NCBI RefSeq assembly: GCF_001194135.2 | Contig: NC_068988.1 | Location: forward strand, 36,316,894 to 36,380,893 | Direction of reading: 5' to 3' | DNA: 64,000 bases | DNA from: Octopus bimaculoides | Taxonomy: Eukaryota | Part shown: one piece after another, positions 13,389-25,434 of the stretch | Layout of the letters: the number at the start of each line of letters is the position of its first letter | How positions within the stretch are numbered: the stretch's first letter is position 1 | The notes under the pieces: model-generated | What the model saw: the letters and a program-made list of their open reading frames with translations, nothing else | What the model was told of the DNA's origin: nothing | The model's database searches: none | Translations under genes and position numbers: made by a program

Positions 13389-13588
13389 GCATGTATAGAC
13401 GTTTATGTATGTACATTTAAATGTACATATATGTATTCATGTATTTATGTTTGTTTATTTATTTATGTATATCTGTATATGTTAAAGTATGCATGCATAT
13501 GCATATATATGTAAGCTTTTATGATTTTGTATAGGTTGTTTTATGTTTATATTTGGATATTGTAAATAAACTTCTTGAAACTCATAAA

Positions 13589-13717
13589 TCTCTGAAGAGG
13601 CCTAGAGAATCATACATGTACTTCTATTTCATGCATTTCATCTATCAATTACTCCAGCCGACTGGAGTTATATAGATAGAATGAGGCACATCATACTAGG
13701 CTGAAACAGCTGTAAGA
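13589..13717 (+). ncRNA. Type I hammerhead ribozyme with intact core and ~90-nt insertion in stem II
   Basis: TCT-CTGAAGA-GGCCTAG-[90 nt]-CTAGGCT-GAAA-C(AGCT)G-TA-AGA. Stem I TCT/AGA, 7-bp stem II, palindromic stem III, GUA cleavage site at 13712-13714. Confidence 0.8.
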
Positions 13718-14809
13718 CATTGTCCCATCTTCGTTCACTAGATGTTCTTTTTAATTACTGATATGACATAATATGTCACATGTGTTTGTATATTGTTTTT
13801 ATTGTCCTCTTAGTTGAAAAATAAACAGGTAAGTTGACATAATACAATGTCTGCAAGTTGATGAATACCACATATTCCCCTCCATTTTCTTATTGCTATA
13901 TATATATATTTATATGATTAAGAAAGAGAGAAGCCAATTTCAAAGGTCGGTGTATATATTCATTCAATTCATTTCAAACTATTGAAATTCTCCACAGTAA
14001 AACAATATACATAGATGCGTTCACATATATGAGATATGATAAAAAGTTATAAGAATTTATAAACACATACGAAGATTCATAAATATATAAAAATTTACAC
14101 ACATAAACATTCATAAATATAGAAACACTTGAATATAAATACATAGATGTACTTGCTAAGTCCGAATGTTCCTATTAGAATCGCTGAGGATGGTAGATAA
14201 GAAAGTTAATATAAAATGATTCTTGAGGAATCCTTACGGCTGTTTCGAGAAGATATAGGTTGATATGGGCGAGCTAACTCCATCCATGGCAGTTATCTAT
14301 ACTTCTCGCATCAGAGTTAAGGGATTCAAAGAGTTAACATTTTAAGAGCTATGAGAGGATTTAGAATTTTTTAAAAACGAATATTTAGTCGAATCATATT
14401 CTTCATGCTGATGATGTAATTAAAATTTTAATTATATGTATATTGTATATTGTATACTGTGGAGAATTTTGATAATTTGAAATGGATTGAATGAATATAT
14501 ACAGTAACCTTTGGAGTTTGTTGCTCCCCTTCTTAATTTTATATTCTTGAAGCTCCAGTGGAACGCTAATTGGTTGGGCTTTATAAAGTGGATAACTATA
14601 CTTTTTGCTATTATTCTATATATTTATAAACACACACACACACACACACACACAGACACACACACACACATACACACACACACACACACACAAACACATA
14701 CACACACACACTCACACACACGCACACATATATGGTGCTGGATCAAAAGCCTTGCAATATTTTGGTAAGTTAGTTGCTTTATTCGTTGAGTTACAACAAA
14801 AGCAGCGAA

Positions 14810-15560
14810 ACATTTCAAGTTGAGGCCACCGTGTGGCACCTTCTGAATCCCACGCTCAAGCCAGGTCTTGTCTTCCACGGTGAAAACCTCATTCAGTGAA
14901 GCTTCCAAATCCTTTCAGTTGATACATTGTCGCGAGTACAGGAAATGCGCCGTAGACCAAAATAAGTAATAATACGAGGTAGCTAGGTCCGAACTATATG
15001 TTGCTGGTAACATCAGTTCGATTCCCTTAAGTTATTGGAGTTTATTCCGTGTCGTTCGGTCTGTTTGAATTCTTGTGCTGTCATGCTGTCGACGAGCCTA
15101 TCTTTTGTATTTCTGCCACAGACTTGCGTACATCTGCTCAAGTCGTTTGGGGGTACTGATTGGCATAGATGATTTGACCGACTGGAACGAACTTGTGCTG
15201 CATTATTACCTCATAATCCCAGCAGCGCATGGAATCACCCTGTGTTCGAAACTCCCATATTTGGCGATAGTTTCCGCAAGCTAGTCTTGCATAACCACTA
15301 CTTATGCACGTTCTCTTGCGGGAAAATAACACTCTCTGATTATTATTTGTTCCGATTCATGATTAAACCAAGTTAAGGTGGAAGCCTCATGGACGATTTC
15401 GTCACCTTCAAGGATAAGAAGTCAAATCTTGTTTGGCTTGAGGCATAGTCTGCATATTAATAGAGTTAGAAGAGAAGAAATATGGGAGATTTATTTTTGC
15501 GCATGTGTCCAATGGAATATGATGAGTTTGTTTCAGCTCCATCAACCAAATCTATCTTGA
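14810..15560 (-). mobile_element. mariner (DD34D) transposase fragment
   Basis: Minus strand QHKFVPVGQIIYANQY...TYSSDLATSYYYLFWSTAHFL...DLEASLNEVFTVEDKTWLERGI, a decayed YSPDLAPSDYHLF motif and C-terminus. Confidence 0.8.
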
Positions 15561-15571
15561 AAGCCTCGGAT

Positions 15572-15670
15572 GGCCCGAGGTTATAGCAAAAAGCATTTGT
15601 CAAAGTGCCACGCAGCGGAACTGAACCCGAAACCTTGTGGTTGAGGTACAGAATTCTTACCTCATAGCCA
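15572..15670 (-). mobile_element. tRNA-derived SINE head (Pol III A/B boxes)
   Basis: Minus strand TGGCTATGAGGTAAG...GGTTCAGTTCCGCTGCGTGGCACTTTG...; A-box-like and B-box-like motifs; related to 19941-20055. Confidence 0.75.
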
Positions 15671-16194
15671 GGCCCTCGCCCTCATGAATTTGAATTGGAA
15701 TTTCGTGAGGGAATTTTCTTAGCCAAAAATCTATTAACTCTACACCGTACTTGTGTGGGGCAGTAGTATTAAGAGTTACTACATCAAATGAAGTGATTAT
15801 GCTATTCCAGTTAAGTTTTTTCGGGAGACGGCTTAAATTTGAAGAACGACTTTAACAATGTGTGAAGGGTTTTGTTATGTCTGTGAGTATCACAAGCTGC
15901 TTCAATTGTTCTTACTTTGAGGACCTTCAAAACTGGCATGTTTCTGCAGATTGAGTGTGATTTTTGCATAACAGCTTTCATTACTTTATTTTTTGTGTAC
16001 TTTGAAAAGTCCGTAGAAGAAACAGGTTTTGAATGTAATGTTTGTTAGATAATCTAGATAGTGAATTTTTGCATTAGTTAAGCCATTCCGTGTTGCTCGA
16101 TGAGAATGTTAATTTTAAGGAATGTTCTTTGTTTGTTGTTAGTTGTTTACTATTTCATGGCGGATGGTATTTCACACACTTAGACACACACACA

Positions 16195-16279
<85 letters not shown>

Positions 16280-17439
16280 AGAGAGAGAGAGAGAGCTAAT
16301 GCGGCATTTTTGTATAGTTCCATATTCATAATGACTACAGCTCTTCACTTATCAAAATCAGTTATAATTATGTTCTATATCTATAGGTACTACAAAATTT
16401 CGCTTGTCAGCTTGTTTTATATCTGTTATAATCGTTTATAATAGCACATATTGGTTTTCATTGTGATGGACTTCCGTTTAAGAAGTTGTCTACTATTTTA
16501 TTTCCCTCCTTTCGTGGAGTCTAACTGCTTTTTCTGTTGTATCTGGGGAGCGTCCATTCTCGTTTAGTGCCTTATAATTTAACGTACGCACCGGTAAAAT
16601 TTCCTCTCATTTCCATCTTTATTTTTCTAAAATTTTCGTTGCGTCTTGCAATCATTTCAATAGTTGTTTACTCTGTCCATTATTCACACTGCGTTCTTTT
16701 TGTTTGTTTGTGCGCATGTGTGTGGGTCGGTGTGTGTGCATACACATCTATGTATGTATGCATTATGTGTATGCAGGTATATATGTGTGTGTGCATGCAT
16801 ATGAAGGTATGTGTGTACATTTGTATGTATGTATTCTGCATATTCATGTATTTATGTGTCCGTGTTTGTGTGCTTTTATGTATGTGTGCGTGTACTCTTG
16901 TCTCCTTGTGTGTGCATGTCTGAGTGTATGGTTTTTTAAACTATGTACTGTGTTTGTATGTTTGGATGTGCATCTCCATATGTGTGGACGTGTCTCCATA
17001 CGCATCCTTGTCTGAAGTGAAGTGTGTGTGTACATATGGTCATGTGTTTCAGTCTTCATTTGTGTATGTGTGTGTATGTGTGCTTGTCTGTTTATATAAC
17101 CTATGTGCCTAGATATCATATTCCTATACCCACAGTATATACAGGTAGAGTAGAATAGTTAGTGGGCTGTTATGTAGATAGATGTATGTATGTATATGTA
17201 TATGCACATGTATGTAAGCATATGGATATGAAAGTAAGCAAATAGGCATACAGACGGATAGATACATAGAGAAGTCTCATGACTAGCTGCTAATAAATTT
17301 TTCTGCAATATAAGGATTTTCTATGCTTTTCACCATTATTATTATACGTTTGGTTGTAAAATATTTCCATATCTGTATATTTCAATACATCTCAACGCTT
17401 CTAAAAAAGGGAACTTTTTTTACATACACGTTCATATAT

Positions 17440-17456
17440 AGATCGGAAGAGCGTCG
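17440..17456 (+). other. Illumina TruSeq adapter remnant (assembly contamination)
   Basis: AGATCGGAAGAGCGTCG exactly matches the start of the TruSeq read-2 adapter and runs directly into a 19-N gap. Confidence 0.95.
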
Positions 17457-18577
17457 NNNNNNNNNNNNNNNNNNNATATCCCTTACTGGGTTGTACCCCC
17501 AACCCCTAACTCTCTCACGTTATATACATATATATATATTCGGGCGTGAGTATGTGTCAATTCGACTACGTTTACATGTGTAAATTTATGTTCTATTTCA
17601 GCATTTACACAACGCCCTACCAATAATTTTTCTTCTATACATTTTGAAATATGTTAATTAAAAAGTGCTATTTGAACATTTTTTTTATTCAAATCTGCTT
17701 CAATACACTTTCCATAATATTTTGCACAGAAAAATAATTTCGAAATTCGAGTAAAAAATGTTTTTCCATATTGGTAAAACAATAGAATATTCTAAAAAAA
17801 TTATGTTCCTTTTGTAATGCTCACTTTTTTCTTTTGCAAAAGTATTTTTGATATACGTGATAGAACATTTTCTATATCGATACTACGTTACATTCCTTTC
17901 GAAATAAATAATTGTTTTACACATATATGTTTGGCTTATTTTTTTATTAATTTACCTGTATCAATTTTTTTCTTTTGGGGGTGGGTTCTTGGTGTTTTTG
18001 TTTCCTTATATTCATTTTGTTATGATTATATACACCATACATCTATTAATCAATGTATATGTTTTCGCTAAACTCAAAGATAAAATAAATGTCAAATGTA
18101 TGAGGTTATATCAGACAACAACAACAACAAAAACAGAGATCTAGTAACCTTAAGGACGGTATTATTACAACTAATATCACTGCCATTACTACCGAGAATA
18201 AAAATAACTCTTCTAAATTTTGATACACGACCAGGACCTTTAGGGGAAAAGGTTAAATGAATATAACTATCAAAGAATTTGACAGCTATTTTATTTCATA
18301 GCCCCCGAGTAAATAAAATGCATAGTTAACCTCAGATTCAGACGCACGAAGTAGAGGCAGAAGAAATGCTGGTAAGCATCTCGTCCGATTAGTTAACAAT
18401 TTTGCAAACTTGCAGGCCTTTAATAGTTTCTTATTTAGGTACTAAGCCAGCGAAAGCGAAAGATGGATGTCCATCGATAATATCACCCCCACCCCGGCGA
18501 TAAGAAGGACATGGAGGGATTGTAACTCACAGCATAAACGTCCGAATAATTAATGCCGATTCTCTAAAATTAGAGCA

Positions 18578-18675
18578 AATAATAATAATAATGAAAATAA
18601 TAATAATAATAATAATAATAATAATTAATAATTAATAATTACAACAACAACAACAACAAAAACAATAATAACAAC

Positions 18676-18715
<40 letters not shown>
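18578..18715 (+). repeat. (AAT)n/(AAC)n microsatellite at the 5' junction of a Dong element
   Basis: Direct observation. Confidence 0.95.
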
Positions 18716-21087
18716 GTGAAACAAATGAACCAAAATATTATAGACCCATAACCTGCTTAACAAGCAGGTATAAAATACTAATATCTGCCTTGACTGAATA
18801 CACATAACTTTCGAATAGAAGGGGTCATGAAAGGATGTAAATATGGGTCCTATGGTTGTAAAGATCAAATACTCATCAATAAAATCATTTTGGCAGATTG
18901 TAATAAAAACGAAATATCAAAAGCCTGGATAGACTATAAAAAGGTTTTTGATAGTCTACTACATGATTGGATTGAGAAATGTTTGAAAATTTATAAAATA
19001 GCATCTACTCTTCGAAACGTCTTTTTTGTGAGTATGAGTTAATGGGGAAACTACACTGATTTTGAATAGTGACAATGACTCTTTGAATGCTGGGGATGTA
19101 ACAGTTTTATGTGTCATCTTCCAGGCTGACTATCTATCACCACTGGTCTTTTGTCTCTTTTCTGGATATAAGTGTTATGGTAAAAGAATAAACCATAAAA
19201 CTGTATGCTGCAAATGATAAGAGACTGAAATCCTTACGACAGATAGTATATGAGTTTCGCAACGAAATAAATTAGAAATTAGGTTTAGAAAAATGTGTGG
19301 AAGACTCCTTGTAAAGAGGAAAACTAGTAAAGAATAACAATAAAACACTATTTTTTTTATTTGTTTTAGTCATTTGACTGCAACCATGCTGGAGCACCAC
19401 CTGTAGTCGAGTATTTACACCCCAGGACGTATTCTTTGTAAGCCTAGTACTTATTCTATCTGTCTCTCTAGCCGAACCGCTAGATGACGGGGACGTAAAC
19501 ACACCAGCATCTGTTGTCAAGCGATGTTGGGGGGACAAACACAGACACACAAATACATACATACATACATACGTACGTACATACGTACATACATACACGC
19601 ACACATACATTTATATATATATATATATATATATANNNNNNNNNNNNNNNNNNNNNNNNNNNNNNNNNNNNNNNNNNNNNNNNNNNNNNNNNNNNNNNNN
19701 NNNNNNNNNNNNNNNNNNNNNNNNNNNNNNNNNNNNNNNNNNNNNNNNNNNNNNNNNNNNNNNNNNNNNNNNNNNNNNNNNNNNNNNNNNNNNNNNNNNN
19801 NNNNNNNNNNNNNNNNNNNNNNNNNNNNNNNNNNNNNNNNNNNNNNNNNNNNNNNNNNNNNNNNNNNNNNNNNNNNNNNNNNNNNNNNNNNNNNNNNNNN
19901 NNNNNNNNNNNNNNNNNNNNATATATATATATATATATAATGGACCTCTTTCAGTTTCCGTCTACCAAATTCATTCTCAAGGCTTTGGTCGGCCCGAGGC
20001 TATAGTAGAAGACACTTGCGCAAGGTACCAGGCAGTGGGACTGAACCTGGAGTCATATAATGTTTGAATACTCTAGCCATCCCTGTTATAATTGGATACA
20101 AAATGTCTAGCCACACTTGACACGAAATCAAGTACAATAAGAGAGGAATTTAAAATACACCTTCAGAAATCTAATCTGAGTTAGAAAGGTTATGTATACA
20201 CCCTACGAATTGACGGCAGTAGTTGCCTTATTAAACTAGGAAATTACTATAAAATATCCACCATAAGACTACAAATGTATCAAACAAAGAACCGAGGAAA
20301 ACTAGTACAAATAGCCATAGCAACGAATAAATCCGTCTTTCATCTTCGAGGAAGCGGAAAAATACTAGAACGAGGACACAATGCCTGAGAACTATAAAGG
20401 ATAAGAAGAAACAGTAAAAGTCGTAAAGCAACTAAAATACAAGGTAAAACTGGAACTATAAAATTAAATGATACTACGACGGCAAGAAAAGCCCGTGCAT
20501 GGCAAATACTAGGACAAGCTAAATAGAAAAAAGTGAAAACCCAACGATGTCTGAGAAAATCGGGATTCAAAACAAAGCCTCCCTACCCAAATACATCATA
20601 AAATATAAAATAAGTGATTGCAGAATAGGTGGTGATGGGGAAGAAACGAAATATTATATTGTTTCTGACATCCCAGTTACGGATGAGAAAACAAAAATAC
20701 ATCCACAGACATGATAGGGTTATGGCCGATATGAGCTGGAAATGGAGCAATCATATTCAATGAGAGCAGAGAAAATGACATAAGCATATCCCAGAAAAAG
20801 GGCTAAAAAAATGACAAAACGAGCATACTCTGAGAAATGCCAATACACACAGATAGAGAGATGAAACATGAGACCAGATATTGACGTCAAGGACAACCAA
20901 GGAACAAGATTCTATGTAATCTACATATCATTCACAACAGATATTTCGGTAACAAAAACAGAGGAACTCTTGAAATACAAAAATCTGAAAATAATGATGA
21001 TTCGAATTTGGAACCTGAAAACAGAGGTAATCCTAATTGTATTAGGTTCATTAGGTATTAATAAGCAAGGCAACAGCGCCTACGAAT

Positions 21088-21150
<63 letters not shown>

Positions 21151-21870
21151 NNNNNNNNNNNNNNNNNNNNNNNNNNNNNNNNNNNNNNNNNNNNNNNNNN
21201 NNNNNNNNNNNNNNNNNNNNNNNNNNNNNNNNNNNNNNNNNNNNNNNNNNNNNNNNNNNNNNNNNNNNNNNNNNNNNNNNNNNNNNNNNNNNNNNNNNNN
21301 NNNNNNNNNNNNNNNNNNNNNNNNNNNNNNNNNNNNNNNNNNNNNNNNNNNNNNNNNNNNNNNNNNNNNNNNNNNNNNNNNNNNNNNNNNNNNNNNNNNN
21401 NNNNNNNNNNNNNNNNNNNNNNNNNNNNNNNNNNNNNNNNNNNNNNNNNNNNNNNNNNNNNNNNNNNNNNNNNNNNNNNNNNNNNNNNNNNNNNNNNNNN
21501 NNNNNNNNNNNNNNNNNNNNNNNNNTATATATATATATATATATATATATATGACATACATGAAATAGCACTATGAACCACTGAAGGAAGAAGTTGGAAA
21601 CTTGTAGTGGATGAAGAAGGTTTAAGCGATTCCCGTGGTGATTGGAGCATTGTGATGCACATCGAACCGTTTAGAGGACTGTGTAAATAAAATCGTAATT
21701 GATGCATGGTTACAGGACATGCAGAAAACAACACCTCACAGAACAGCCAGGGTTTTAAAGAAAATCTTGTCAATGTTTAATATCCAAGTGTCTGAAATTT
21801 GCAAAAGTGAAACAATAATATTATTGCTTTCCTAAACTAGACGAGAGAAAACCTAAGACACATGGACTCT
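18716..21870 (+). mobile_element. 5'-truncated R4/Dong retrotransposon (RT to RLE), interrupted by a SINE and gaps
   Basis: YRPITCL, KGCKYGSYGCKDQILINK, AWIDYKKVFDSLLHDW, IFQADYLSPLVFCL (RT); WQEKPVHGKY; RPDIDVKD...LKYKNLKIMMIRIWNLKTEVILIVLGSLG; MQKT...TARVLKKILSM (RLE end). Confidence 0.88.
19345..20055 (-). mobile_element. Near full-length octopus SINE (head, internal TA/CA/TACA microsatellite, tail) nested in the Dong element
   Basis: Head at 19941-20055 (...CTTTCAGTTTCCGTCTACCAAAT...GGTCGGCCCGAGGCTATAGTAGAAGACACTTG...), tail at 19345-19560, with microsatellite and gap in between. Confidence 0.85.
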
Positions 21871-21909
21871 AAATCCAGAAAGACAATCTCTATGTATAAA
21901 TCGTTATAT

Positions 21910-22340
21910 CTTAGAAAGTCGATTCGTAGCCTATAACTATTGTGGAGAGAATAATATTACGTAGTAAAGGTAGAACGCGGTATAGAAGAATATGTGAGAA
22001 TCTGATTGTAACTACCTGAGAAAAGAAAGAAAGAAGCAGTCCATAGTGAAATAATATAAGAGAGAAAAGAAAGCACGACCCAGAAATAAACTGGAGAAAG
22101 AGATGCATGGTCAACATCTAAGACAAACTGAGTGTGGAACTTGGTTATGGTTAAAGAAGGGAGAGCTCAGAAATTAAGGGAAGGACGTATTATTGCTGAT
22201 TAAATTTAATAATTACGAACGAATATCATTATATAGAAATACACAGAACTGCGGAAGGTGATAAATGCAGAATATGTAACTAGAAAGAGGTGTCAGTTGT
22301 GCAGAAAAGTTCATGTAGTCCTTCAGTATGTAAATCGAAA
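21910..22340 (+). mobile_element. Second R4/Dong fragment (post-RT region)
   Basis: NWREREMHGQHLRQT..TWLWLKKGELR...EGRIIA...DKCRICN in broken frames. Confidence 0.7.
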
Positions 22341-22883
22341 CCCACAAATATTTGATTGATGGATCATTGATGAGACAACTGGCAAACATTAAAGAGAGAA
22401 AATCATGGGTTCATCTACTTGACTTTCTGTGTTATGAGCACACCGAAACCACCTTTACATTTCAGCCATCCGTTGCAGAAAAAAATAAAGTTTCAACGAA
22501 TGATAAGTTGATCAGAGTCAATTTTACTGAGTAATACTTAGTTCATTTCGTCTATGCATCGCAAGTTACTACGTCTGAGAAACCAAAGTGAATTTTCTTT
22601 GTCTCACTTATGCGCTAAGGTTAGATTAAGATGAAGCAAATATACAAAAGCTAATTTGAAACTACTGTTATGAAACCAAGTGTGACTCAAACAATCATAA
22701 CCTCCGTATGATGTAAGCATTGTGTTACAAATATTGTGTTGTTTCACAAAGATACAAACTAGGCAGTTTACTTTTGGGCACATCGTCACAGAAGGATTTG
22801 GTATAGCAAATGGTTTTGAAAATTAAACGAAAAAGTTAACATGCAATTTTTCTAACATTAAAAAGAACATGAACCCTAATAAA

Positions 22884-22948
<65 letters not shown>
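22884..22948 (+). repeat. (ACT)n microsatellite
   Basis: Direct observation. Confidence 0.95.
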
Positions 22949-22949
22949 C

Positions 22950-25434
22950 ACAAATATTGGAATCTTAAAATCACTAGAAAACCGTTAAGAGCACATAGAA
23001 TCTCGTTACGGTACAATAAATAAGAATAAAAACATATAAAACCATATTAAAATACGTACAGTTAAGATACACACCATAAAGTAGTGTAGCTTAGCGAACG
23101 AAGTCATGAAATCAGCTTATTTATCGGTCTTTCGTAGCTCATTTTACGCTGTAGTCCCAATGTCTACCACTAGGCGTCGTTGTCACTCTTGATTCCCGTG
23201 ATTGTTTTGAATTCAGATTTGTTTACGTCTGTTTATCGGCTACTTTCTTATTTTCATTCATTTGTAATTTTATCTTTTGACCTCATGTCTCCTCAGAACA
23301 TTCATAATGAAAGTGCTTCATACTATAACGCTGGAAGATAAGATGTCTGTGATAAAAACACCATTGAAAAGGTAAAAAAGTGGTAGTAATTGAACGATTT
23401 TTTGAAATGAACCAGACAACTGTATCAACGATTGTACATAATATGGACAAGAGTTTAGCACATATCAAATCTGAAGCCCCAGAGATGAAGATCGCTGTCA
23501 TCAATGAGAAAAGGGACAACATCGTTGGAGAAATCGGAAAGACTTCTTTCTCTTTGGATTGGTAAGTTGAATCGTCAGCGTGCTACTATTAGTCAAGAAA
23601 TCATTCAAGAGAAAGCGTTATGATTGTTTGAGGACCTGAAGAAAAATTATCCAACTGAGAAATATGCAGAGTTCAAGGCAATCAAGAATGGTTCATGAGA
23701 TTTAAGGAGCGAAGTCGTTATCACTCCATTAAGAAGCAAGGTGAAAGTACTTCAGCTGACGAACAAGGGGCAGCGGAATTTCCTAATGCGTTCAAGTAAA
23801 TCATAGAATAAAATGGGTTTCTTCCCGAACAGATTTTTAACGTAGACGAAATTGAATTTTATTGGAAAAAATTTTCAACCCATTTATTCATTTCCAAGGA
23901 GGAGAAAACTATTCCAGGATGCAAGGTCTCAAAAGAATTTGTGACCATTATGTTGGGAGGTAATTGTGCAGGAGATTATAAGTTAAAGCTATTGCTTGTG
24001 TACCATGCATACAACAACCGTGCCCTAAAGAATATACCCAAGGCGTCTCTCCCTGTTGAATGGATGGCTAATTCAAAAGCATGGGAAACTGTTGTTGTTT
24101 TTGAAGATTGGTTCTTCAATCATTTTATCCCACCAACAGAGAAGTACTGTAAGGAGAAGGGGATTCCTTATAAGGTTTTACTTATCTTAGATAATGTTAC
24201 TGTTCAACCGAAAAACATCGTAGATTTTGACCTTAATGTTACCGTCCTATACATCAATCCGAACACTACGTCCCTAGTGCAGCCAATGGATCAGAGTATA
24301 ATTGTTATCTTCAAGCGTTACTATAAGAAGTGTACGCTGCGGCGAGCAATATGTGTAACTGATCTTAATGAGTTCATCACACTTCGTGACTTTTGCAAGA
24401 GATACGATATCTACAAGGCTGTAGAGACCTTAGCAGCGATATAGAATGATGTACAGAGCACGGTTATGAATGGTATATGGAAGAAACACTGCTTGCAATT
24501 CGTGAATGATTTTAAGGGGTTTGATAATGTTGCCATCAACGAAACGTTGGCGAATATGAGCAAAGAACTGGAAATGGATTTGGAGGAGGAGGATATCTCA
24601 TATTTATTTGAAAATGTTAAGCAGTCCCTGACGGACGATGATTTGATAGAGCTTAACGAGCAGCAAAACAAAGAAGAAGAGGAAATCGAACCTGAGCCGA
24701 GTCACTTTACCATTAAGAAGACGCAGAAAGCTTTTGTACATATCAAAAAAAGGTTTTTCTATGTTAGAGGATACGGATTCAAAGGCTCAACGCTTTTCCA
24801 TGATTATGAGAGCTTGTCATGGAACTTTTCCTCCTTATAATGTAATTCTTGAAGAAAAGAAGACGACAGTTCAAGGAACTCTTAATTGGTTTTTTTAAGC
24901 GCATCGAATGAAAAGAACGGTCACAGTCAGATGTTAGTGTTGAGGATCCACAGCCATCTAAATCCGCGATGTAAACCACCAAATGGTATGTACGTATTGG
25001 TAAATTTTAAATAATTTAGTGTTTCTTTTTACTATTGCAAAATAATGATAATTATTAAATTTGTTTTTTAAGCTTAAAAAATGTTTTTATTTTACCATGT
25101 CTTATTGCAAACCGCATTCATAAATAAAGCATCCACCATGTTCGGTAAACACCACCAAATTGTATTCGTAAATATAGATTACTTGGTTTTTATTAAAAAA
25201 AATTAAAAAATTATTTATTTGTAAGCTTAAAATGGGTTTTTATTAACCATATGTTATTGAAAATGCATTCATAAATAAAGTACAGAACTGGGAATGGTTA
25301 TTATCAGTTTAGCCTAGAGACAAGTAAATTTGGCCTAGCCTAGCTTAGTGACAATTTAAATCGACTTAAGTCGGTTTTTCGGCTTTAGTCGTGTCTCCTG
25401 AAACCAATGAACCACGTAGGGTCAGGTACGCCTG
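22950..25434 (+). mobile_element. pogo/Tigger DNA transposon, pseudogenised transposase (CENP-B HTH + DDE_1); right TIR present, left TIR not found
   Basis: TLEDKMSV..., FFEMNQTTVSTIVHN (HTH); FLPEQIFNVDE, VTIMLGGNCAGDYKLK, KVLLILDN, PNTTSLVQPMDQSII..FKRYY (DDE). ORFs at 23380, 23941 and 24466. Ends ...GGTACGCCTG|TA. Confidence 0.92.

Larger units (their letters stand above)
7490..16295. repeat. Cluster of simple repeats: (TA)n ~7490-7530 and ~8132-8167; (GT)/(CA)/(TA) ~10480-10690; ~13260-13384; (CA)n ~14629-14728; (TA)(GT)(GA) ~16198-16295
   Basis: Direct observation; these explain the YI/CV/HT-repeat ORFs. Confidence 0.9.

Noticed and set aside
15572-15670. tRNA-like sequence
   Set aside because: SINE head with no complete cloverleaf; not a tRNA gene.
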